The position numbers and the translations under genes are program-made. Positions 56,963-64,000 of a stretch of 64,000 nt of DNA are shown one piece after another; position 1 is the stretch's first letter, and each line of letters opens with the position of its first letter. The notes beneath the pieces are model-generated. The model was not told the DNA's origin and did no database searches. It saw only the letters and a program-made list of their open reading frames with translations. The stretch lies in IMG/VR virus record IMGVR_UViG_3300001782_000005, positions 186,001-250,000 of that record; one strand, written 5' to 3'.

Positions 56963-57016
56963 GTGATTTTATTGTTCAAACAGAACATATTATAAATTAA
57001 GATAGGAGTACAGATA

Positions 57017-57385
57017 ATGAAACTTGACAAGTATCTAAATCAGCTCAATGAGCAAAAGGTAAAGATTCCGGTTGAGCACCCTGGTATTCTTGAAGTTCCT
57101 GAGGGAAAGAATGTTGAAGATCTTCCAATGTCCCATTTTCAGGATCTAATTAAGAAAAAAGGATGGGTAGAAATTTCAAAAGCTCTTATTAACTTGAAAG
57201 TCTGGAATCGTGAAAGAGATAAACCCCTTTCTAGCTGGGCTGATGGCATGCAAGAGAAACTTGCAAAGTGGGTTGAGAGTCAGAGAGAAAAGGGAGAGAT
57301 GAAAGAAGATGTTAAGCTTTCAACCTTCTCATATGTTAACTTGCTTAAAGAGCAAGCTAAGAGACAATTAAAACGTCCTCGCTAA
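57017..57385 (+). CDS. Hypothetical protein
   Basis: Class-2 motif at 56983-56996; AGGAG RBS. Confidence 0.6.
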   Translation: MKLDKYLNQLNEQKVKIPVEHPGILEVPEGKNVEDLPMSHFQDLIKKKGWVEISKALINLKVWNRERDKPLSSWADGMQEKLAKWVESQREKGEMKEDVKLSTFSYVNLLKEQAKRQLKRPR

Positions 57386-57396
57386 CGGAATCAGAT

Positions 57397-57681
57397 ATGA
57401 ATCCGATAGTCGAAAGGTATTTGAAAATAATACAAAGATTGCCCTCCACATACAATCGCTTGAAGGAGATTGAGAAGGATGTAAGTGGTAGGATAGTTAG
57501 AAGTTTGACTAATCCTCAATTAATTGAGTTACATAGAAAATGTCATATGCTTTATGGAGCATGGACAAAGAAGGGAAATGTGAAGAGAGAAGCATTTGAA
57601 TTTCTTTTCAATGTACATGAAAAAATAGTAGAAGAAATGCTTCGTCGAAAAATAAATCACAATACTCCGCTGGAGATTTAA
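57397..57681 (+). CDS. Hypothetical protein
   Basis: Operon ORF. Confidence 0.55.
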   Translation: MNPIVERYLKIIQRLPSTYNRLKEIEKDVSGRIVRSLTNPQLIELHRKCHMLYGAWTKKGNVKREAFEFLFNVHEKIVEEMLRRKINHNTPLEI

Positions 57682-57693
57682 AAATGAATACAC

Positions 57694-57761
57694 GCGGAGG
57701 CCGGGTGGCCGGGATGGACCTTCCAAGTCCAGAAGGGGTTCGACTCCTCTCCCCCGCTCCA
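57694..57761 (+). tRNA. tRNA-Gly(TCC), 68 nt, with reduced D-arm
   Basis: GCGGAGG/CCCCCGC acceptor, U discriminator, encoded CCA, TGGAC-CTTCCAA-GTCCA, AGGGG-TTCGACT-CCTCT. Confidence 0.75.
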
Positions 57762-57769
57762 AAAAATCT

Positions 57770-58161
57770 CTCCACTATGCTACAAAAATCCCTCCGATCT
57801 CAGCATAGTGGTTGGTGCGAGTCCAGCCCATGCCGTCTGCGAATCTGCGGCCCTAGACACAGTTCGCACCAGAAAATCCTGACTGTGACTAGCCGACTCC
57901 GAGGGAAGATGTGGTTTGAGGAGCCCACCCCTTTTTAACAAGATTCGCATCTCCTCGATGCTATTGCCGCTGCCTTTACCTCTGATCTGCCGGGGGTTTG
58001 TGTGGTGTTTTGAGTCATGTCAATTCGTGTCTGCGGCCCTGCACGTGGTAGAGTTCGGTCCACACTAGAAAAAGGCCGCTGAACTCGTCCTCCTTTGGGA
58101 TAGATGTGGCTGAGGGGGTCCACTCCTTTTTTAAAAGGGTCGCAACCCCCTCAATTTTTTT
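57770..58161 (+). ncRNA. GC-rich structured non-coding region ending in terminator-like hairpin
   Basis: CCACTATGCT/AGCATAGTGG, TGGTGCGA/TCGCACCA, GAGTTC/GAACTC, TGAGGGGGT/ACCCCCTCA plus T7. Confidence 0.45.
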
Positions 58162-58179
58162 CGTTTATAGAAGGAGTGA

Positions 58180-58608
58180 ATGATGAATAAAATTGATGAG
58201 TTGAAAAAATGGTTCGAAGAAATTGCTAGATACTGTCGAGTTGATAGGTTTCTAGAAGTCGTTGAAGATGAGGGAGAAGGAGATGGGAAAGGTTATGAGC
58301 ATCGACTACGAGTTAGGTTATATACAAATGATCATAAATATGCCATAGTTGCTCATGACCGCAGTAAGGACAAAGGTTACCTTGGTTGTGTAGTATCCAC
58401 AAGAAAACCAAGAGCTGGAGAAGACTGGACTCGTGGTAACGATTTAGCGGATGGCCCTTTTGAGAAGGAGACGTGGGAAAGAATTAAGAATGATATTATT
58501 GCTTATGAATTGGTTCCTATTACACTAAAAGTTGAAGCTAAGGCAGATATTCCAGTAGAGGGGCCTTCAATTGAACCAGGAAATGAGGTTCAGGATGTTG
58601 GATGCTGA
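58180..58608 (+). CDS. Hypothetical protein
   Basis: AGGAG RBS. Confidence 0.65.
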   Translation: MMNKIDELKKWFEEIARYCRVDRFLEVVEDEGEGDGKGYEHRLRVRLYTNDHKYAIVAHDRSKDKGYLGCVVSTRKPRAGEDWTRGNDLADGPFEKETWERIKNDIIAYELVPITLKVEAKADIPVEGPSIEPGNEVQDVGC

Positions 58609-58780
58609 AACGTGGGTAAAATTCTGTGAGAAACTTTTTCCAGGATATAGGAATCTTACGAAAGAGGAAGCAGAGACCCACCATAACTTTCTATACAATT
58701 TCTTTGAGGAACAGAAAGATCCTGATCCAGAAATTCAGGAGGTTATCAATAATCATTTTTGGGAATTATTTGAGGATTAA
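58571..58780 (+). CDS. Hypothetical protein
   Basis: Likely start MLDAETW. Confidence 0.5.
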   Translation: MNQEMRFRMLDAETWVKFCEKLFPGYRNLTKEEAETHHNFLYNFFEEQKDPDPEIQEVINNHFWELFED

Positions 58781-58783
58781 CAA

Positions 58784-59038
58784 ATGAAAATTGTAAGGTG
58801 TTTATTTCGACATAGGTTTGTTAGCCTCAATATGTGTGAGAGAGAAATAGCAACCTGTAGATACCGTGGATCAAGAGTATGGGGAACTATATATGAGTTG
58901 TCTGGGCAATTGTCAAAGAATCCTAGTGAAGTAGATGTTATCAAACCAATGAAATGTAGAAACTTTATAAAACTAGAGGGTTATAAGAGGAATAGAAATG
59001 ACAGGAACTATGATCTTAGGCACGTGCGCAAAATGTGA
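58784..59038 (+). CDS. Cys-containing hypothetical protein
   Basis: CLFRH.F N-terminus. Confidence 0.5.
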   Translation: MKIVRCLFRHRFVSLNMCEREIATCRYRGSRVWGTIYELSGQLSKNPSEVDVIKPMKCRNFIKLEGYKRNRNDRNYDLRHVRKM

Positions 59039-59231
59039 TGACCATGAAGTAAGGAGCGATCGGAGTTATTGTAAAAAAGAAAGTTGTTACTCTGAGATCT
59101 CGAAGTGTATTACAGTTGAGGCATTGAGGTTATTTTTAAAACAAGACAGAATTCTATCGGTACATATAATCAATGAAATCAAAAAAGGCAAAAAATATAT
59201 ACCAAAACAAGGCATTGCTCAAGTCGATTAG
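58998..59231 (+). CDS. Cys-rich hypothetical protein
   Basis: CxxC...C...C...C. Confidence 0.45.
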   Translation: MTGTMILGTCAKCDDHEVRSDRSYCKKESCYSEISKCITVEALRLFLKQDRILSVHIINEIKKGKKYIPKQGIAQVD

Positions 59232-59254
59232 AAAAGGTCGGAGGCAAATGCGAA

Positions 59255-60229
59255 ATGGCGAAAAGTGGAGAACTCACAAACAAGTCTTTGGCAAAAAGAA
59301 TTGATAAATTTATAGATAACCGAATTTTAGTTGTTGGTGATATAATAGTAGATGAATTTATATGGGGTCATGTCAAAAGAGTTTCCCCCGAAGCTCCAGT
59401 CCCAATAGTTAATGTTGAAAGGCGATCCATGATGCTCGGAGGCGCCGGAAACGTAGTACATAACATTATTTCTTTGGGGGGAAATGCTACAATCTGTGGA
59501 GTAATCGGGAGTGATTCTACAGGATGGAAGTTACGAGAAATGCTTATAAGCATAAGCAGCCCTACCGACTATATTATAATAGATGAAGGAAGACCAACTA
59601 CTGTAAAAACTAGAGTAGTAGCTCACTCTCAGCAAGTTGTTCGAGTCGACCTGGAAGATACAAAACCTATTAGCTCAGAATATACCAAGAAAATTCTAGA
59701 TGCAATTACTGACCAATTACCAATACTACACGCTATTATAATTGCTGATTATGGAAAGGGTGTTGTTACTCAAGAGCTTATGGACGGAATTCGCTCAATT
59801 ATACCTAATGATCTTATTTTAGCAGTAGATCCTAAGGTACAGAATATAGAATTATATAAAGGGGCCACACTAATTACTCCTAATTCTTATGAAGCTAAAC
59901 TTATGGCAAATACAGATACTATAGATGAAGCTGGTCGATTACTACTCGATAAACTTAATTGTAAGACAGTATTAATAACACGTGGGGAAAAGGGAATGAC
60001 CCTTTTTGAAGATAATCAAATTATCCAAATACCTACAATAGCAAGAAAGGTTTTTGATGTATCTGGAGCGGGTGATACTGTAATTAGTACCTTTACTCTA
60101 TCGTTAGTCTCTGGACTAAACTCAAAGCAGGCAGCAATACTTGCAAATGCTGCAGCCGGTTTGGTGGTTGCAGAGGTTGGTACTGCTGCTATATCAGCAA
60201 CTAGATTAAAACAATTTTTATTGGAGTAA
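59255..60229 (+). CDS. rfaE1: D-glycero-beta-D-manno-heptose-7-phosphate kinase (RfaE/HldE domain I)
   Basis: VVGDIIVD, RVSPEAPVP, GGAGNV, TTVKTRV, DVSGAGDTV. Confidence 0.9.
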   Translation: MAKSGELTNKSLAKRIDKFIDNRILVVGDIIVDEFIWGHVKRVSPEAPVPIVNVERRSMMLGGAGNVVHNIISLGGNATICGVIGSDSTGWKLREMLISISSPTDYIIIDEGRPTTVKTRVVAHSQQVVRVDLEDTKPISSEYTKKILDAITDQLPILHAIIIADYGKGVVTQELMDGIRSIIPNDLILAVDPKVQNIELYKGATLITPNSYEAKLMANTDTIDEAGRLLLDKLNCKTVLITRGEKGMTLFEDNQIIQIPTIARKVFDVSGAGDTVISTFTLSLVSGLNSKQAAILANAAAGLVVAEVGTAAISATRLKQFLLE

Positions 60230-60272
60230 GAGATGGATTATTATGAGACAATAATTGAAAAAGGATTAGAGA

Positions 60273-60773
60273 ATGCTGAACGATCAAGAAAAGAGAAGTC
60301 CGAAGATGGTGATAATGTGCGGACTACCGAAGAGCGGGAAATCGACAATAGTGGACCGAGAATTGCGGGAGTACCAAGTCATTTGTGGTGATGATATTAG
60401 ACTTGCACTTGGAGTTGAATTTGATCCAAGACTAGAAGAATTTGTGTGGGGTACATTTAATACAATGGTAAGAGCTAGTCTAATTAGAGGATTAGATGTA
60501 GTTCTTGATGGAACACATACAACAAGATTTAGAAGAGAAAGAGTTATTAATTTAGGGAAAGAATATGGAGCAGATATAACAATCATCCATGTAAAAACTC
60601 CATATGAAACTTGTATCAAAAGAGCAATCGAATCAGACTTTCCACTAGCTGTCATGGAAAGGATGCGAGCTAATCTAGAGCTTGAACCTCCATCGGAAGA
60701 AGAAGGTGTAGAAGTAGTTGAGAAGAGTGTTGAAATTATTCACGGAGCTGTTGTAATAACTGGATACAATTAA
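60273..60773 (+). CDS. P-loop kinase (AAA_33/PNK-like)
   Basis: CGLPKSGKST, ICGDDIR, VVLDGT. Confidence 0.8.
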   Translation: MLNDQEKRSPKMVIMCGLPKSGKSTIVDRELREYQVICGDDIRLALGVEFDPRLEEFVWGTFNTMVRASLIRGLDVVLDGTHTTRFRRERVINLGKEYGADITIIHVKTPYETCIKRAIESDFPLAVMERMRANLELEPPSEEEGVEVVEKSVEIIHGAVVITGYN

Positions 60774-60790
60774 TTAATTAGAGGATTATA

Positions 60791-61126
60791 ATGGTATATT
60801 GGATTACAGGTAGATCTGGGGCTGGTAAAACAACTTTAGCAAAGCGTATTGCAAAACAAACAAATGGAATTATTTTAGATGGAGATAAAATAAGGGAATA
60901 TTTTCCCTCTGATTTTACAGACGAGGGAAGAGAAAACAATATAATGCTTATAGCAAAATTTGCTACGTTATTAGAGGAACAGGGGTTTACAGTTGTAGTC
61001 GCTTGTGTTAGCCCAAAAAGAGAATGGAGGAGGAAGGCACAATCATTACTTAACGAATGTCTTGAAATTTGCCTTCCCTTTGGAGAATTATGGGAAGGAA
61101 CTGACTATGAAGAACCAGAATATTAA
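60791..61126 (+). CDS. cysC: Adenylyl-sulfate (APS) kinase-like, lid-less short form
   Basis: WITGRSGAGKTT, LDGD.IR, F..E.R..N, YEEP. Confidence 0.75.
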   Translation: MVYWITGRSGAGKTTLAKRIAKQTNGIILDGDKIREYFPSDFTDEGRENNIMLIAKFATLLEEQGFTVVVACVSPKREWRRKAQSLLNECLEICLPFGELWEGTDYEEPEY

Positions 61127-61778
61127 AGTAGTAATTGCACCGTGGGGTGGTCATGCGACATCCCATATCCGTAGATTCATGGATGCGTATATGCGACCTG
61201 ATGTGGTTCTTGGTGCTAATGGTGACATATGTCATATGCCAAAACCGACCATGCAAAAAGCATGGAAACATCGTACAGGAACCGATCTTGATATGAGTAT
61301 CACTCTTAATGACAATTTAGTAAGATTTATTCATAACTCAAAAAAGCCAATTTTATTGAGTGGCGGAGTTTCCAAATTTAGTCCGTTTCTAACAATAAAC
61401 TCAGTTAAAGCAATGTGTATTGTACGCAACCCTGTATATGCTTATTGTTCAATGTATAGTCGAAGGCATCCAGAAAAAGCTGAACCTTTTGGGGGAATAG
61501 ATACAAAAGAATTAGCTATTTGGTATACAACTAGATGGAATAATATCGTGTATGACTTTCTTGAATCAGGAAATCCTATTATCAGGTTTGAGCATTGGAC
61601 TGATGATATGAAGCGCCAAGACGTTGGCCAATTTAGAAAACTAATAAATTCTATAGATCATAGGAGAGCATCTACTAAAAAACCAATAAGTAAAGAAATA
61701 GAAGATTTAGTTATTAAAAGAACCAGAGAATTATATGGAGAAATTAATAAATTTCATAAGCGCCTAAGAGGGAGATAA
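61107..61778 (+). CDS. Sulfotransferase-like protein (divergent)
   Basis: IVRNP..AYCS and IRFE motifs; degenerate 5'-PSB loop. Confidence 0.55.
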   Translation: MKNQNIKVVIAPWGGHATSHIRRFMDAYMRPDVVLGANGDICHMPKPTMQKAWKHRTGTDLDMSITLNDNLVRFIHNSKKPILLSGGVSKFSPFLTINSVKAMCIVRNPVYAYCSMYSRRHPEKAEPFGGIDTKELAIWYTTRWNNIVYDFLESGNPIIRFEHWTDDMKRQDVGQFRKLINSIDHRRASTKKPISKEIEDLVIKRTRELYGEINKFHKRLRGR

Positions 61779-61780
61779 TA

Positions 61781-62476
61781 TTGGGAGTAAAGATATTAGT
61801 AGTTGGTTTTCCAAGGAGTGGAACTACCCTTACATACAGAGTTTGTAAGAAACATCCCCAAGTGGCGGGCATGTTTAATGAAGAACATATTCTAAGAAGT
61901 AGATCTTTACCGGGATTTCGATTTGTGAATAAGCAGTATTTATATAATAGGTACCCGAAATTCAAACTTAATTATGGAGAAAAACTAATTTATGAGAAAG
62001 GAGTTTTGGGTAAAAGGCATATATCAAATGTTACTGTAGTTGACTATTGTAAACAGTGGAATAAAACATTTGGAAAAGATTCAAGAATAATTCAAATAGT
62101 GAGACACCCCTTTGATTCTTGGAATTCAATTATAAGGTTTAAATATAGGAGTCGAAGAATAGAGAAAGAAATACCAAGAATGTTTGATCAGTATCTTAAA
62201 TGTATACCTAATTATACACAAGAAATTTCAGAATTGAAGACATGCTTAACTATCAAGTACGAGAATTTAGTTTTAAATTTTAAAGAGATCACTGCAAATA
62301 TATATAAGCACTGTAATCTAGATCCCTTTAATTATAGCGAAGTTGTAAGGACAGGAAGAGCCTTTAACTACAAGAGAAATGGTTTTGGACTAAAGGTTGA
62401 TTCAAGACTTAATAAAGTTATTGATGTATTCAATAGATTCGATGGACCAAAATATGAGTTAGGAGATTCATCTTGA
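61781..62476 (+). CDS. Sulfotransferase
   Basis: GFPRSGTT, IVRHPFDSWNS, IKYENL. Confidence 0.85.
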   Translation: MGVKILVVGFPRSGTTLTYRVCKKHPQVAGMFNEEHILRSRSLPGFRFVNKQYLYNRYPKFKLNYGEKLIYEKGVLGKRHISNVTVVDYCKQWNKTFGKDSRIIQIVRHPFDSWNSIIRFKYRSRRIEKEIPRMFDQYLKCIPNYTQEISELKTCLTIKYENLVLNFKEITANIYKHCNLDPFNYSEVVRTGRAFNYKRNGFGLKVDSRLNKVIDVFNRFDGPKYELGDSS

Positions 62477-63261
62477 AATTTCCAGACTTTATAATAGCAG
62501 GTTTTATGAAATGTGGAACAACACAACTATTTCTAAATTTAAATAAACACCCTGACGTAACAATGTGCAAACCAGCAGGGCCAATAAGACCAGGAGTCAG
62601 TGGTGGTACAGAAATGAGATTCTGGGGTTTAAATAATTGGAAGAGAGGAGTCGACTGGTATAAAAGTAGATTTCAGGGTGATATTTGTGGTGAGAAAAGT
62701 CCAGATTATGCAGGTTATAAAAAGTGTATGAGACTTATGTCTCAACATTCTCCAGACACTAAGCTATTAATAGGTATTAGAAACCCAATTGATCGAGCAT
62801 ATTCACATTATCAGATGAATCTCCAGCAGAGAAAATTAAGTTGGCCATTTAGTCTTGATAATTGTAAAAGTCAACCTAGGGGAAAACTCTATTTACAGTT
62901 GGGTATGTATCATAAGCTACTTACAAATAATGTTCTATTATTTTTCCCAAGAGAACAGATTTATATATACATTTGTGAGAGGATGAAAGTTAATTTAACT
63001 GAGGAGATGAAAAAGATATATAATTTTATTGGAGCTAAACTAATTGAATTGCCAACTGAGAGAATACCTACGTCTAAGAGGTATAATAAAAAGACAGATG
63101 ATATGTACGAGGATAGTCAGGAAAAAGTATATAAAGTTTGGTCAAGAAAATATGAACCTATAAAGAAAAAGGATAAAAGAGAGTTTAATGATTTTTATAA
63201 AGAACATAATGAAAAGTTATTTGACCTTCTAGGATACAGAATAGAGGAATGGGAGAATTAA
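62473..63261 (+). CDS. Sulfotransferase (heparan-sulfate ST-like)
   Basis: PDFIIAGFMKCGTT, GEKSPDY, RNPIDRAYSHY. Confidence 0.88.
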   Translation: MKFPDFIIAGFMKCGTTQLFLNLNKHPDVTMCKPAGPIRPGVSGGTEMRFWGLNNWKRGVDWYKSRFQGDICGEKSPDYAGYKKCMRLMSQHSPDTKLLIGIRNPIDRAYSHYQMNLQQRKLSWPFSLDNCKSQPRGKLYLQLGMYHKLLTNNVLLFFPREQIYIYICERMKVNLTEEMKKIYNFIGAKLIELPTERIPTSKRYNKKTDDMYEDSQEKVYKVWSRKYEPIKKKDKREFNDFYKEHNEKLFDLLGYRIEEWEN

Positions 63262-63262
63262 T

Positions 63263-63634
63263 ATGGAAACAATGGCTAAAATTATGACCTTTATAAAAGA
63301 TTTTGGGATTGTCATACTAGCAGTCATCATAGGTATTATATTCTTCAGCATGAGAACTGAAACGTCAGAAATGTTAAGAAATCAATTCGAATATAATATG
63401 AGGCAACAGGAGAATATATATAAGCTAGTTGACAGTCTACAAAATTTGGCTAAAGCACAGCAAGATTTTGTGACCAAATTCGAACAAAGAAAAGAAGTGG
63501 TACAAGAAATAAAAGTTGACTTAGGTAGATCAATACGAACGCTTAACAGAAGTGTTAAGGAGCTAAAAAATGTTCAAGATCCTAAAGAATCCTATACTCT
63601 TCTTGCTAATTCTTGGAGTTGGAGTCCTAACTAG
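63263..63634 (+). CDS. Inner-membrane spanin-like (Rz-type) protein
   Basis: N-terminal TM plus coiled coil; overlapped by downstream lipoprotein. Confidence 0.55.
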   Translation: METMAKIMTFIKDFGIVILAVIIGIIFFSMRTETSEMLRNQFEYNMRQQENIYKLVDSLQNLAKAQQDFVTKFEQRKEVVQEIKVDLGRSIRTLNRSVKELKNVQDPKESYTLLANSWSWSPN

Positions 63635-64000
63635 TTGTGCAGGAGCACAAAAATTCGAACCTCCTGATGAATTTAAACCAATTGAAGTAGAGGAAAGATT
63701 TACTAAACCATTTAAACTTAGAATAGACAAATTAGCTGAAATTTTGGAGAAGGTTCACAAGATGGATAAACCTGTTCCAATCTATCTTGTGAGAAAGGGG
63801 AATACTAGTGACTTTGATTGGGAAGGGGAAATTCCCGATGATGCTCAGATAATCGGTTACCTTGTGAAAGAGCATAATAAGATAGTTGCTAAAATAGAGC
63901 AAGGTAAGATGATGACTGAGATTGCTGACCTTCTTGTACAAAGAGTTCAAGTTGAAGTAGAACTTTATAACTCAATGCTAGAACTAGTCAAACTCCAAGA
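63570..64000 (+). CDS. Lipoprotein, outer-membrane spanin-like; runs off window end, absent from ORF track
   Basis: Manual translation MFKILKNPILFLLILGVGVLTSC-AGAQ; lipobox LTSC; AAGGAG RBS. Confidence 0.65.
   Translation, partial: MFKILKNPILFLLILGVGVLTSCAGAQKFEPPDEFKPIEVEERFTKPFKLRIDKLAEILEKVHKMDKPVPIYLVRKGNTSDFDWEGEIPDDAQIIGYLVKEHNKIVAKIEQGKMMTEIADLLVQRVQVEVELYNSMLELVKLQ

Noticed and set aside
57684-58123. ORFs 57684..57938 and 57935..58123
   Set aside because: They overlap the tRNA and structured RNA, lack RBSs and have atypical composition.
57770-58161. tmRNA or RNase P RNA
   Set aside because: No Ala-type acceptor with G3-U70, no tag frame ending in AA-stop, and no RNase P P4 consensus visible.
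1-64000. Genome-wide stop-codon reassignment (TGA or TAG)
   Set aside because: Many genes end at TGA or TAG at sensible, often coupled, positions and long genes are intact in code 11; only one in-frame TGA was found.

Overview
AT-rich 64 kb segment of a large T4-like/jumbo-type tailed phage of a Gram-negative bacterium (GroES, GH108 lysozyme, spanin pair, type IV pilin, heptose kinase; an anaerobe such as a Desulfobacterota member is only an inference). It carries nucleotide and DNA-modification genes (QueC, QueE, a TGT/DpdA-like protein, GT-B glycosyltransferase, PIG-L deacetylase, ThyA, dCMP deaminase), a UDG-PolB fusion, a DnaB-like helicase, a T4-like head module (portal, protease, major capsid), tail-fibre/virion genes, and a heptose-kinase/APS-kinase/triple-sulfotransferase cassette. 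Main finding: a nuclease-less Nop/IS110-like protein (32135-33298) sits directly behind a ~1.5 kb, ~42-repeat dual-repeat array of ~36-nt units, i.e. a TIGR-TasA RNA-guided system. The two spacers of the tas-proximal unit together spell 14 nt of the phage's own recurrent promoter-like motif, suggesting RNA-guided control of the phage's own promoters (inference). An unusual 9/4 tRNA-like RNA lies just upstream of the array. Also notable: an in-frame UGA at a conserved Cys of dCMP deaminase (possible selenocysteine; missed by the ORF track), a minimal tRNA-Gly, other structured RNAs, and a GC-richer operon of secreted beta-rich proteins. All calls come from motif reading by eye; no database searches were run.
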